From Cupriavidus necator (GTDB lineage: Bacteria > Pseudomonadota > Gammaproteobacteria > Burkholderiales > Burkholderiaceae): DNA of 32,000 bases. The position numbers were made by a program, and so were the translations under genes. The stretch covers positions 1,260,001 to 1,292,000 of the forward strand of contig NZ_CP066018.1 of NCBI RefSeq assembly GCF_016127575.1, given 5' to 3'. The notes below the pieces were generated by a model. That model searched no databases. It saw only the letters and a list, made by a program, of their open reading frames with translations, and was not told where the DNA came from. Of this stretch, positions 1 through 11,642 are shown piece after piece (positions within the stretch are counted from its first letter, which is position 1; every line of letters starts with the position of its first letter).

Positions 1-143
1 AGCCGCGTGCGGCAATAGCCCTCCTCGATAAGCTCCGGCTGCAGGCCGAAATAGCGCATCAGCGGCACGTCGATGCCGAAGTAGGGCTTCTCGGGCGTGC
101 CGGGGGCGACGGGGGTGATTTCGGGGGCGGTCTGGCTGGACAT
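1..143 (-). CDS. hotdog-fold (PaaI-like) thioesterase, first 47 codons only; the gene runs off the left edge
   Basis: The ATG at 143..141 (minus) opens a frame that stays open to position 1: MSSQTAPEITPVAPGTPEKPYFGIDVPLMRYFGLQPELIEEGYCRTR. The ..PLMRYFGL..E.IEEG.. pattern resembles the N-terminus of PaaI/4HBT-type thioesterases. It is absent from the ORF track because it is truncated. Confidence 0.4.
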   Translation of the reverse strand, partial: MSSQTAPEITPVAPGTPEKPYFGIDVPLMRYFGLQPELIEEGYCRTR

Positions 144-259
144 GATGGGGGATGCTGGGTGGTTGGCGGGGAATGCTGCCCAACATCATAACGGCGGGGT
201 CCCGTTCGGTTCCCGCGGCTGGGCGAATGTCGCACAAATCCTGGCACCGCGCGCGCCCT

Positions 260-769
260 TCAGAGCACCTGCCGCATCGCCACCCGCTGCCGCAGCCCCG
301 CAGCACGCTGCGCCGCCAATGCATCGGCCAGCAGCGGACACAGCTCGTCGTCACGCAACTGGCGAAACCCGAGCGATGCATAGAACGGCGCATTCCAGGG
401 CAGGTGGGCAAACGTGGTCAGGTTGAGCGAGTGCGATCCCCCCGCCCGCGCCCAGCCCTGCACCGCCCCTACCAGCGCCCGCCCAATGCCGCGGCGCCCG
501 TGGTCGGGGTGCACATCCATTTCATCGAGGTAGGCGCACTCGCCGTTGCGGCTGGCCAGCGCAAAGCCGGCCAGTTCCCCATCGCGCTCGGCTACCCACA
601 GGCGCGCTTCGCGCTGCGCGGCGGCCAGCACCGGCTCGGGCGTGCTGACCAGGCGCAGCAGTGCCGGCAGGTCCGTATCAGGGAAGAGCGCCGCGGCGGC
701 CAGTTCGATATCGGCCAGGCGCGGCACCTCGTCCGCCGCTGCCAGGCGGATGTGCGCAGCAGCAGCCAT
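260..769 (-). CDS. GNAT family N-acetyltransferase
   Basis: 169-aa ORF with the acetyl-CoA binding motif-A pattern (LDEMDVHPDHGRRGIGRALV). Lies 14 nt downstream of thiE on the same strand. Confidence 0.75.
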   Translation of the reverse strand: MAAAAHIRLAAADEVPRLADIELAAAALFPDTDLPALLRLVSTPEPVLAAAQREARLWVAERDGELAGFALASRNGECAYLDEMDVHPDHGRRGIGRALVGAVQGWARAGGSHSLNLTTFAHLPWNAPFYASLGFRQLRDDELCPLLADALAAQRAAGLRQRVAMRQVL

Positions 770-783
770 GGCTGGCTCCGCGC

Positions 784-1920
784 TCAGGCAGCCGGGAACA
801 GGCTGATCAGTTGGGCCACCGCGGCCGGCACGTCGTCAGCCTCGGTCACCGCGCGCACCACGGCGGCACTGCCGACGCCCACCGCCAGCACCTCGCGCAT
901 ATTGGCCGCGTTGACGCCGCCGATGCCCACCAGCGACGGGATCACCGGCTGCATCAGCTTCACGTAGGCGCGGAAGCGGCCCATGCCCTGCGGCTGGGTC
1001 GGCATCACCTTGGTGGTGGTCGGGAAGATCGCGCCCAGCGCCAGGTAGCTGGGGCGGATCGCGGCCACGCGCAGCATCTCGGCATAGCCATGGGTGGAGA
1101 CACCCAGGCGCAGGCCCGAAGCGCGGATCGCATCGAGGTCGGCATCGTCCAGGTCTTCCTGGCCAAGGTGGATGCCGTAGATGCCGCTCTGATCGCCGCC
1201 GTTGGCGGCGCGGTAGTCGATCGCGGCCTGCCAGTGGTCGTTGACGAACAGGCGCGAAGACGAGCCCTGCGTGGCCTTCGCCGCGCGTGCGATCTCGGCG
1301 CGCACCGCGGCCGGGTCTTCGGACTTGAAGCGCAGCTGCACCGTCGGTACGTTCAGTGGCGCCAGGCGCTCGATCCATTCGGCGCTTGGCACCACCACGT
1401 ACAGGCCCAGCGCGGGGCACGGCGCGAACGGCGCCGCGGCCTGCTCGGGTGCCACCAGGGCGGCGTGCCGTACATGCGGGAAGCGGGCAAAGTCAGACGG
1501 CCAGTCGGCCGAGCCCGGCTCCCAGGCGCGCGCCAGGCACAGCGCGTCGTGCGCGGGGAAATGCAGCGCCAGGCTGGCCAGCAGCACCGCGACGAAGGCG
1601 GGCGAATGCGGCTGGTCGGTGTCGGCGGCGACGGAGAAGACCCACGTGCCCATCGGCGAGCGCACGGTGTCGATCCACTGGCCGCCCTCGCGATCGCTCT
1701 CGATCAGCGTGGCGCCCGCGGCGGCGACGCGCGCGATCGTGCCTGCGTCGGCTTCGCCGTCGAACAGCAGCACGTCGTGGGCGCCGGGTTGCGCGGGCGC
1801 GTCGGCCAGGCGCCAGGCCTGCCACGGCTTGTCATCGACGCCGAAGGTCTCGCCATAGTGTTCCAGCACCGCCTGGCGCAGCGGGCCGTCGCTGGCGGCA
1901 TGCACGGCGCGGCGGGTCAT
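784..1920 (-). CDS. thiE: thiamine-phosphate synthase ThiE with an extra N-terminal domain of about 160 aa
   Basis: 378-aa ORF. The C-terminal ~215 aa show the ThiE/TMP-TENI barrel pattern ([54 protein letters not shown]). Its start overlaps the thiG stop by ATGA (1917..1920). Confidence 0.85.
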   Translation of the reverse strand: MTRRAVHAASDGPLRQAVLEHYGETFGVDDKPWQAWRLADAPAQPGAHDVLLFDGEADAGTIARVAAAGATLIESDREGGQWIDTVRSPMGTWVFSVAADTDQPHSPAFVAVLLASLALHFPAHDALCLARAWEPGSADWPSDFARFPHVRHAALVAPEQAAAPFAPCPALGLYVVVPSAEWIERLAPLNVPTVQLRFKSEDPAAVRAEIARAAKATQGSSSRLFVNDHWQAAIDYRAANGGDQSGIYGIHLGQEDLDDADLDAIRASGLRLGVSTHGYAEMLRVAAIRPSYLALGAIFPTTTKVMPTQPQGMGRFRAYVKLMQPVIPSLVGIGGVNAANMREVLAVGVGSAAVVRAVTEADDVPAAVAQLISLFPAA

Positions 1921-2753
1921 GCGCGCTGCTCCGTGCTGTCGGCGTGCCAGAACGGCATGCCGACCACCGGGGTGCTGGCCTGCGCCACCTCGCGCTCGGG
2001 CATCGGCCCGGCCAGGTAGGCGGTGCGGCCGGCCTCAACGGCCTGCGCAAAGGCGCGCGCCATATTGACCGGGTAGGCGGCCTGCGCCACCGCGGTATTG
2101 AGCAGCACGCCGTCGTAGCCCCACTCCAGCACCTGCGCCGCATGCGACGGCAGGCCCAGGCCGGCATCGACGATCAGCGGCGTGTCGGGCAGGCGCTCGC
2201 GCAGCACGCGCATCGCGTGCGGGTTGACCGCGCCGCGGCCGGTGCCGATCGGCGCGGCCCATGGCATCAGCGCCTGGCAGCCCACGTCGAGCAGGCGGCG
2301 GCACAGCACCAGGTCCTCGGTGCAGTACGGCAGCACCTTGAAGCCTTCCTTGATCAGGGTCTCGGCCACGGCCGGCAGGTTCAGCGTATCGGGTTGCAGC
2401 GTGTAGTCGTCGCCGATCAGCTCCAGCTTGATCCACGGTGTTTCGAAGACCTCGCGCGCCATCATCGCAGTGGTGATCACTTCCTGCGCGGTGAAGCAGC
2501 CGGCGGTATTGGGCAGCACCGGCACGTCCAGCGCCTTGAGCATCTGCCAGAAGGCCTGGCCGCCCTCGCCGGCGCCGACCGCGCCCTGGCGGCGCAGCGC
2601 AACGGTGATCATGGCGGGCCTGGAGGCCTGCACGGCCGCCTCCAGCGTGGCCGGCGACGGGTAGCGCGCGGTGCCCAGCAGCAGGCGCGAGCCGAACGAC
2701 TCGCCATACAGCACGAACGGGTCGCGCAAGGTTTCGGAAGGTTCGAATGTCAT
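1917..2753 (-). CDS. thiG: thiazole synthase ThiG
   Basis: 278 aa with ThiG hallmarks: [50 protein letters not shown]. Confidence 0.95.
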   Translation of the reverse strand: MTFEPSETLRDPFVLYGESFGSRLLLGTARYPSPATLEAAVQASRPAMITVALRRQGAVGAGEGGQAFWQMLKALDVPVLPNTAGCFTAQEVITTAMMAREVFETPWIKLELIGDDYTLQPDTLNLPAVAETLIKEGFKVLPYCTEDLVLCRRLLDVGCQALMPWAAPIGTGRGAVNPHAMRVLRERLPDTPLIVDAGLGLPSHAAQVLEWGYDGVLLNTAVAQAAYPVNMARAFAQAVEAGRTAYLAGPMPEREVAQASTPVVGMPFWHADSTEQRA

Positions 2754-2756
2754 GGG

Positions 2757-2963
2757 TCAGCCTCCCGTCACGGGTTGCACGAGGTCGATGCGGTCGCCGG
2801 CCGCAAGAATGGTGTTGGCGTGGGCGCCGCGCGGCACGAACTGGCCGTTGACCGCCGCGGCAAAGGGGGGCGCGATCTGCGCCGCGCTCACCGCGTCCGC
2901 CAGCGTGGCGGAATCGGCAAGGGCGAGCGGTCGGCCGTTGAGCAGGATTTCCATGTCAGTCAT
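2757..2963 (-). CDS. thiS: sulfur carrier protein ThiS
   Basis: 68-aa ubiquitin-like ORF ending in GG, located between thiO and thiG. An internal Met at codon 4 is an alternative start. Confidence 0.85.
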   Translation of the reverse strand: MTDMEILLNGRPLALADSATLADAVSAAQIAPPFAAAVNGQFVPRGAHANTILAAGDRIDLVQPVTGG

Positions 2964-2966
2964 GCG

Positions 2967-4160
2967 TTAGTGCAGCAGCCCGCCGGGTGCGGCCATGGTA
3001 GCGGCAGCGGGCGCTTCGGTCACGGCTTCGATCATGCCAGGCCAGCGCAGCGCGGCCGGCACGGCATGGGCCGCGGGATCGCCCTTGAGCAGCGCGCCAA
3101 CCACCGCGCACGCGGCCTCGGTCACCGCCGGCGCAATCAGAAAGCCATGCCGGTACAAGCCGTTGACGCGCACCACGCGCGCGCGCTGGTCCACGCGGAT
3201 CGCCGGCAGGTGGTCGGGCCGCGTCGGGCGCCGCTGCACGTTCAGTTCCAGCACGCGGGCCTCGCCGAAGGCGGGATGCAGTGAATGCGCCGCCGACAGC
3301 AGCTCCAGCGCGGAACGCACGCTCATGGGCGAATCATCCTCGCTTTCCAGCTCGGTGGCACCGATCACGTACAGGTCGTTGGGCTTGGGCGCGATATAGA
3401 TCGGGTAGCGCGGATGCAGCAGCCGCACCGGCCGATGCAGCCTGACGTCGGGCGCATGCACGCGCACCACTTCGCCGCGCAGGCCGCGCAGGCCCGGCTT
3501 GTCGCCGCCCGGCTGTGCGGGCCAGGCCGAGCGCGCGCCCAGGCCGCGGCAATCCAGCACCACGTCGGCACGGATGCCGAGCTTGGGCAGCGATTCGGCA
3601 TCGACCTCGCCAGCCTCCCAGACGCAATGCACGCCTTCGCTGACCGCGCACGACAACAGCGCGCGCAGCGCGCCACGGTTGTCGAGCTGGCCTTCGCCGG
3701 CCAGCAGCAGGCCCTGCGGGAAGCGGCCCGCCAGCGCGGGCTCGACTTCGCCCACGCCCTTGCCGTCCAGCGCGCGCAGCCGCTGCGACACCAGTTCGGG
3801 CGGCGCCACCGCGCGCACGCGGCTGGTGAACAGCGACATCTCGGCACGGTCGCGCGCATGCCAGACCACCAGCGTGCCGTCCTCCTGGAAGAAGACCGGC
3901 TCAGGCAATTCGGCCAGCCACGCGCGCCACAGGTCGACACTGGCGATGCCCAGGTCGACGATGCGGCGCTCGGCGATGGCCGATTCCGCCAGCGGCGCCA
4001 GCATGGCCGCAGCCACATAGGCGGCCGAGCCCGCGCCGTCCGGACCGGCCCGCTCCACCAGCGCCACGCGGGCGCCGCTGCGTACCAGTTGCCAGGCGGC
4101 CAGGCGCCCGGCAAGACCGGCCCCGAGAATGGCGACGTCAAACGACTGCACTGCTGTCAT
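2967..4160 (-). CDS. thiO: FAD-dependent glycine oxidase ThiO
   Basis: The FAD Rossmann motif DVAILGAGLAGR begins 12 residues after the ATG at 4160. Amino-acid oxidase family in a thi operon context. The ORF-track start at 4292 would add 44 R/P/A-rich residues that span two strong hairpins, so I treat that stretch as non-coding. Confidence 0.8.
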   Translation of the reverse strand: MTAVQSFDVAILGAGLAGRLAAWQLVRSGARVALVERAGPDGAGSAAYVAAAMLAPLAESAIAERRIVDLGIASVDLWRAWLAELPEPVFFQEDGTLVVWHARDRAEMSLFTSRVRAVAPPELVSQRLRALDGKGVGEVEPALAGRFPQGLLLAGEGQLDNRGALRALLSCAVSEGVHCVWEAGEVDAESLPKLGIRADVVLDCRGLGARSAWPAQPGGDKPGLRGLRGEVVRVHAPDVRLHRPVRLLHPRYPIYIAPKPNDLYVIGATELESEDDSPMSVRSALELLSAAHSLHPAFGEARVLELNVQRRPTRPDHLPAIRVDQRARVVRVNGLYRHGFLIAPAVTEAACAVVGALLKGDPAAHAVPAALRWPGMIEAVTEAPAAATMAAPGGLLH

Positions 4161-4296
4161 GAGGGGTGTTGTGCCGGACGGCGCGTGCGGCCGCGCCGGC
4201 CTCCTTGTTGTCGGTGCCGCCGCGCGAGGCGCTGCGCGGCGGCGAAACACGAGCGGGCATGGATGCGAAGCCATGCCCGTACTGCCAGTCACTGCA

Positions 4297-6372
<2,076 letters not shown>

Positions 6373-6577
6373 TCATCCAACGGGGTGAATTTAAGCACAA
6401 GGTGCCGGTGGGCGCCAGTGCCAGTTCCCTGCCGTTTGTGGTGCCACACCTGTTCGAAAAGGTATCGAATCGCGCATGCTGCAGCGCAATAATCACTCAC
6501 AAGGGGACAACCGCGCACTCAAACGCCGGCGACGTGCTCTACCATGCAGTAAGACGCGTCCATCTTCCGATCCCGCC

Positions 6578-8239
6578 ATGACCGAAGCTGCCACCCACCG
6601 CGTGTTCAACCAGGTGCCCGATCTCGCGCACTACAACCTGTTCGCCACCGATCCGGCGCTGCGCGGCGCGCTGGAACGGCTGGGAGGCGGCTGGCACGCC
6701 GGCACGCTGGGCCAGTTCGGCGCGCGCCTGGGCGAGCCGGAAGTCCAGCAATGGGCAGCCGATGCCAACCGCCACACGCCCGAGCTGCACACACACAGCC
6801 GCACCGGCGAGCGCATCGACGCCGTGGATTTCCACCCGAGCTGGCACGCGCTGCTGGCCCTGTTGCGCAGCCAGCAGCTGCAGGCCCTGCCCTTCGCGCA
6901 GCCGCGCGCGGGCGCATGGGTGGCGCGCACCGCCGGCTACTTCCTGCAGGCGCAGGTGGAATCCGGCTCGCTGTGCCCGCCGACCATGACCTTCGCCAGC
7001 ATCCCGGTGCTGCGCAAGGAAACCGCATTGTTTGCCGAGCTTGAGCCGCGGTTGTATGCGACCGAACACGATGCGCGCGACCTGCCGTGGCGCAGCAAGA
7101 GCGCGATCATGATCGGCATGGGCATGACCGAGAAACAGGGCGGCTCGGACGTGCGCGCCAACACCACCGTGGCGCGCGCGGTGCGCGGCGAGGGCCGCGG
7201 CGCGGAATACGCGCTGACCGGGCACAAGTGGTTCTTCTCCGCGCCGATGTGCGATGCGCACCTGGTGGTCGCGCGCATGGGCGCCGAAGACGGCCCGCTG
7301 TCGTGCTTCTTCGTGCCGCGCTTCCGCGACGACGGCAGCAAGAACGCGGTGCTGATCCAGCGGCTCAAGGACAAGCTAGGCAACCGCTCCAATTCCAGCA
7401 GCGAGGTGGAGTTCCGCGACGCCACCGGCATCCTGATCGGCGAGGAAGGCCGCGGCATCCCGACCATCATCGAGATGGCCACCAGCACGCGGCTGGACTG
7501 CGTGATCGGCAGTGCCGCGATCCTGCGCGCCGCCTTTGTGCAGGCGCTGCACCATGCGCGCCACCGCAGCGCCTTCGGGCGCCTGCTGGCCGACCAGCCG
7601 CTGATGCGCAATGTGCTGGCCGACCTGGCGCTGGAATCCGAAGCGGCCACGCTGCTGATGATGGAACTGGGCCACGCCTTCGAGCACGCTGACGATGATC
7701 CGCTCGCGGCGTCGTGGAAGCGCGTGGTCACCCCCGCGGCCAAATTCTGGGTCTGCAAGCGCACGCTGGAAGCCACCGGCGAAGCCATGGAAGTCTGGGG
7801 CGGCAACGGCTACGTGGAAGAAGGCCCGATGGCGCGGCTGTACCGCGAGGCGCCGGTCAACTCGATCTGGGAAGGCTCGGGCAACATCATGTGCCTGGAC
7901 GTGCTGCGCGCGATCCAGCGCAATCCCGACGATGCCGCGCGCTTGCTGCAAGACCTGTCGCGCCGCGCCGGCGGCCATCCGGCGGTGCGCGCGGAACTGG
8001 CATCGCTGCAGGCGCTGCTGCGCCAGCCGCCGGAATTGCTGGAAGCCAGCGCCCGACGCTTTGCGCAGGGGTTGGTGCTGACCGCACAGGCCGCGCTGAT
8101 GCTGGCGCATGCCGATACCGAGAATGCCGAGCTGTTCGTCGCCAGCCGGCTGGGACGGCAGCACGGGCGCGTGTTCGGCACCCTGGATGCGGATGCCGAC
8201 GTGCTCAAGCGGGTGTTCTCGCGCGGCTTCGAAGGCTAG
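6578..8239 (+). CDS. AidB-like acyl-CoA dehydrogenase
   Basis: 553 aa from the ATG at 6578. Shows the acyl-CoA dehydrogenase fold with an AidB-type N-terminal extension (GMGMTEKQGGSDV, EVWGGNGYVEE, REAPVNSIWEGSGNI). Confidence 0.85.
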   Translation: MTEAATHRVFNQVPDLAHYNLFATDPALRGALERLGGGWHAGTLGQFGARLGEPEVQQWAADANRHTPELHTHSRTGERIDAVDFHPSWHALLALLRSQQLQALPFAQPRAGAWVARTAGYFLQAQVESGSLCPPTMTFASIPVLRKETALFAELEPRLYATEHDARDLPWRSKSAIMIGMGMTEKQGGSDVRANTTVARAVRGEGRGAEYALTGHKWFFSAPMCDAHLVVARMGAEDGPLSCFFVPRFRDDGSKNAVLIQRLKDKLGNRSNSSSEVEFRDATGILIGEEGRGIPTIIEMATSTRLDCVIGSAAILRAAFVQALHHARHRSAFGRLLADQPLMRNVLADLALESEAATLLMMELGHAFEHADDDPLAASWKRVVTPAAKFWVCKRTLEATGEAMEVWGGNGYVEEGPMARLYREAPVNSIWEGSGNIMCLDVLRAIQRNPDDAARLLQDLSRRAGGHPAVRAELASLQALLRQPPELLEASARRFAQGLVLTAQAALMLAHADTENAELFVASRLGRQHGRVFGTLDADADVLKRVFSRGFEG

Positions 8240-8243
8240 CGAT

Positions 8244-9923
8244 TCAAGCCTCCATCGATTCCAGCACCCGCAGCATCACGCGCGGCGCATAGCGGATCAG
8301 GTCATGCGCGCGCTCGCCGATCATGATCGCGGGCGCATTGATGTTGCCGCCGACCAGGGTCGGCATCACCGATGCATCGACCACGCGCAAACCCTCGACG
8401 CCGCGCACGCGCAGTTGCGGGTCCACCACCGCCATCGCATCCATGCCCATGCGGCAGGTGCCCACCGGGTGGTAGATGGTGTCGGCATGCTCGCGGATCA
8501 TCTCGCGCACGGCAGCGTCGTCGCTGCCATCGGCACGCAGGCCGGCGGAATAGAGTTCGCGCCCGCCGAAGCCGGCCAGTTGCGGCTGCGCAAAGATGCT
8601 GCGCACGATGCGAACGCCGGCGACCATGTCGTCCAGGTCGCGCGCATCGCTCAGGTATTGCGGGTCGATCAGCGGCGCGCGCCGGATATCGTGCGAGGCC
8701 AGCCGCACCTCGCCGCGGCTGCGCGGGCGCAGCACGCAGACATGGCAGGAATAGCCATGGCCGAAGTTCAGCCGGCGCATGTGGTCATCGGCCATGCCGA
8801 CCACGAAATGCAGCTGCAGGTCGGGCTCGGGCAGGTCCGGGCGGCTGCGCAGGAAGCCGCCTGCCTCGGCGAAGTTGCTTGACATCATGCCGGTGCGTTC
8901 GCGCCGGTAGCGCAGCATTTCAGGCACCAGCCGCGCCAGGCCGCCGAACGACACGCCGAACAATTCAGGCACGGCCACGCGCTTGTGCAGCACGATGTCC
9001 AGGTGGTCCTGCAGGTTGGCGCCCACGCCGGGCAGGTCATGCACGACGGCGATGCCATGTTCGCGCAAGTGCGCGGCGGGGCCGACGCCCGACACCATCA
9101 GCAGCTGCGGCGAGCCGAACGTGCCCGCGCACACGATCACGTCGCGGCGCGCGCGCAGCAGTTGCCGGTGGCCCTCGCGCACCACCTGCACCCCGGCCGC
9201 ATGGCGGCCTTCGAAGACTATGCGCAGCGCCTGCGTATCGGTCAGCACCCGCAGGTGCGCGCGGCCGCCATTGCAGGCCCGGTCGCGCTTGTTGCCACCG
9301 TGCAGGTAGGCACGCGCCGCGTTCCAGCGCTCGCCCGCGTGCTGCGTGACCTGGTACCAGCCCACGCCCTCCTGTTCTTCGCCGTTGAAATCGTCGTTGC
9401 GCGGGAAGCCCGCCTGCTGCGCGGCCTCGATGAAGCGTTCGGCAAAGGGGTTGGGGGTGCGCAGGTCGCTCACGTGCAACGGCCCGTTGCCGCCGTGCAG
9501 CGGGTCGTCGTCGCTGCCGGCCAGGCGTTCATTGCACTCGGCGCGGCGGAAGTACGGCAGCACGTCGTCCCACGACCAGCCGTCGCAGCCGGCGGCGGCC
9601 CACGCGTCATAATCGGCGGCGCGGCCGCGCGTGTAGATCATGGCGTTGATCGAGGAACTGCCGCCCAGCCCGCGCCCGCGCGGCTGGTAGCCGCGGCGGC
9701 CGTTCAGGCCTGGCTGCGGCACGGTTTCATAGCCGTAGTTGCGTGCCCCCGCGCGCGGCAGCAGCGCGGCAAGCGCCGCGGGTGTGCGTACCAGCACATG
9801 GTGATCGTGGTGCCCGGCCTCGACCAGGGCAATGGTGTCGTCGCCGCTGTCGGCAAGCCGCCCCGCCAGCGCACAGCCCGCCGAGCCCGCGCCGACGATG
9901 ACGTAGTCAAAGGTGGTTTCCAT
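8244..9923 (-). CDS. GMC family FAD oxidoreductase (choline/alcohol dehydrogenase-like)
   Basis: 559 aa from the ATG at 9923. N-terminal FDYVIVGAGSAGCALAGRLA dinucleotide motif, GMC signature regions, and C-terminal HPVGTCRMG. The longer ORF-track start at 10139 adds a non-homologous leader. Confidence 0.88.
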   Translation of the reverse strand: METTFDYVIVGAGSAGCALAGRLADSGDDTIALVEAGHHDHHVLVRTPAALAALLPRAGARNYGYETVPQPGLNGRRGYQPRGRGLGGSSSINAMIYTRGRAADYDAWAAAGCDGWSWDDVLPYFRRAECNERLAGSDDDPLHGGNGPLHVSDLRTPNPFAERFIEAAQQAGFPRNDDFNGEEQEGVGWYQVTQHAGERWNAARAYLHGGNKRDRACNGGRAHLRVLTDTQALRIVFEGRHAAGVQVVREGHRQLLRARRDVIVCAGTFGSPQLLMVSGVGPAAHLREHGIAVVHDLPGVGANLQDHLDIVLHKRVAVPELFGVSFGGLARLVPEMLRYRRERTGMMSSNFAEAGGFLRSRPDLPEPDLQLHFVVGMADDHMRRLNFGHGYSCHVCVLRPRSRGEVRLASHDIRRAPLIDPQYLSDARDLDDMVAGVRIVRSIFAQPQLAGFGGRELYSAGLRADGSDDAAVREMIREHADTIYHPVGTCRMGMDAMAVVDPQLRVRGVEGLRVVDASVMPTLVGGNINAPAIMIGERAHDLIRYAPRVMLRVLESMEA

Positions 9924-10238
9924 CTGTCTCCCCGCGAGTCCGCAGGCGGCGCGCGTGCGTGAGCCGGGCCGCGCCGGTGCATGCGCGCCCTGTCCGTCCA
10001 GCGGATGGCAAGCTGTGAGATTCAGTGTAGGCGCTAGCCCGGACGGTGGAGAAGCCCGGTGGCGCGGGCCGCCGGCGCTGCGCAGACGGGCGTTTGAATT
10101 GCCCTTCTGGTAGGAAACTTCCATTGCCATGGCTGGCACGCTACCTTATCGTGCGCGGGAACACGCGGACCGCTGCAGCGCCACTCGCCGCGATCCACAT
10201 CCACTTTCCCCGCACGTCCCTTGCCCAGGAGCGCAGCA

Positions 10239-11642
10239 ATGCGAGAAGTCCCCGACCTGTCGTCCGTCTTTGGCGCCATGCACGCCGCGTCGCGGCGCGA
10301 CCAGCTGCCCGCCTGGGCCGTGCGTGCCGACCGCCTGCAGCGCCTGCGCCGGCTGGTGACAGAGAACGAGGCTGCCATTGCCGCCGCCATTCACGCGGAC
10401 TTCACCAACCGGCCGCGGCAGGAAACCGCGCTGCTGGAGGTATTCCCGAGCCTCGGCGGCATCGACGACGCGCTGCGCCACGGCAAGCGCTGGATGCGCG
10501 TGCGCCGCGCCGCCACCGGCTTCTGGTTCCGCCCGGGCCGCTCGCGGCTGGTGCCGCAGCCGCTGGGAGTGGTGGGCATCGTGGTGCCCTGGAACTATCC
10601 GCTGTACCTGACGGTAGGGCCGCTGGCCGGCGCGCTGGCGGCGGGCAACCGCGCCATGGTGAAGCTGTCGGAATACACGCCGCGCTTTGCGGCCTTGTTC
10701 GCGCAACTGGTGCCGCAGCACTTTGCGCCGGACGAGATCATGGTGGTCAATGGCGATGCCGAGGTGGCGAGCGCCTTTACCGCGCTGCCCTTCGACCACC
10801 TGCTGTTCACCGGCTCGACCGCGGTCGGCCACCATGTGATGCGCGCGGCAGCCGCCAACCTGACCCCGGTGACGCTGGAACTCGGCGGCAAATCGCCGGC
10901 GATTATCGGCGCCGGCGCTGACCTGCCGCGTGCGGTGGAACGCATCCTGGTGGGCAAGCTGATGAACGCGGGCCAGACCTGCATCGCGCCAGACTACGTG
11001 CTGGTGCCGGAAGACCTGCGCGGGCAGCTGGTGGAGCCGGCACGCCGGTGCGTTGACCGGCTCTATCCGGACCTGGCGCGCAACCGGGACTACACCAGCA
11101 TCATCAGCCCGCGCCACTTCGCGCGGCTGGCGGCGCTGGTGGACGAAGCCGCGGCGCAAGGCGCGACCGTGGTGCCGCTGTCCGATGCGCAGCCGGACGC
11201 GCACGCGCGGCGCCTGCCACCGGTGCTGCTGCTGGATGTGCCCGAAGGCGTCACGGCGATGCGCGAGGAGATCTTCGGGCCGGTACTGCCCGTGGTGACG
11301 TACCGCACCCTGGACGAGGCGGTGGACTACATCAATGCGCGCCCGCGGCCGCTGGCGCTATACCTGTTCGAGCGCGACCGCGGCGCCATCGGCCATGTGA
11401 TGAAGCAGACCGTTGCCGGCGGCGTCACGGTCAACGACACCCTGTTCCATATCGCCCAGGACGGCCTGCCCTTCGGCGGGGTCGGCGCCAGCGGCATGGG
11501 CGCCTATCACGGCCAGGCGGGCTTCGACACCTTCTCCAAGGTGAAGCCGGTGTTCCACCAGGCCGGCCTGAACGGCGCAGGACTGCTCAAGCCGCCTTAC
11601 GGCAAGACCTTCGAAACCATGTTGCGCCTGCTTCTGCGTTGA
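10239..11642 (+). CDS. NAD(P)-dependent aldehyde dehydrogenase (coniferyl/fatty aldehyde dehydrogenase-like)
   Basis: 467 aa from the ATG at 10239, with AGGAG 7 nt upstream. ALDH motifs VVPWNYP, ELGGKSP, NAGQTCIAPDY (catalytic Cys) and EEIFGPVLP. Confidence 0.88.
   Translation: MREVPDLSSVFGAMHAASRRDQLPAWAVRADRLQRLRRLVTENEAAIAAAIHADFTNRPRQETALLEVFPSLGGIDDALRHGKRWMRVRRAATGFWFRPGRSRLVPQPLGVVGIVVPWNYPLYLTVGPLAGALAAGNRAMVKLSEYTPRFAALFAQLVPQHFAPDEIMVVNGDAEVASAFTALPFDHLLFTGSTAVGHHVMRAAAANLTPVTLELGGKSPAIIGAGADLPRAVERILVGKLMNAGQTCIAPDYVLVPEDLRGQLVEPARRCVDRLYPDLARNRDYTSIISPRHFARLAALVDEAAAQGATVVPLSDAQPDAHARRLPPVLLLDVPEGVTAMREEIFGPVLPVVTYRTLDEAVDYINARPRPLALYLFERDRGAIGHVMKQTVAGGVTVNDTLFHIAQDGLPFGGVGASGMGAYHGQAGFDTFSKVKPVFHQAGLNGAGLLKPPYGKTFETMLRLLLR

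Noticed and set aside
4200-4206. Perfect Shine-Dalgarno sequence AAGGAGG (minus strand) in the thiC-thiO spacer, which suggests a small ORF or an earlier thiO start.
   Set aside because: No ATG, GTG or TTG follows within 5-12 nt in any frame leading into thiO. The in-frame codons to the ATG at 4160 are PARPHAPSGTTPL, with no start. The FAD motif position supports 4160.
10134-10150. Sigma-54-like element TGGCACGCTACCTTATC about 90 nt upstream of the aldehyde dehydrogenase gene.
   Set aside because: The -24 GG/TGGCAC part fits, but the -12 element reads CTTA/TTAT instead of TTGC. No enhancer-binding protein gene is nearby. The evidence is too weak to call.
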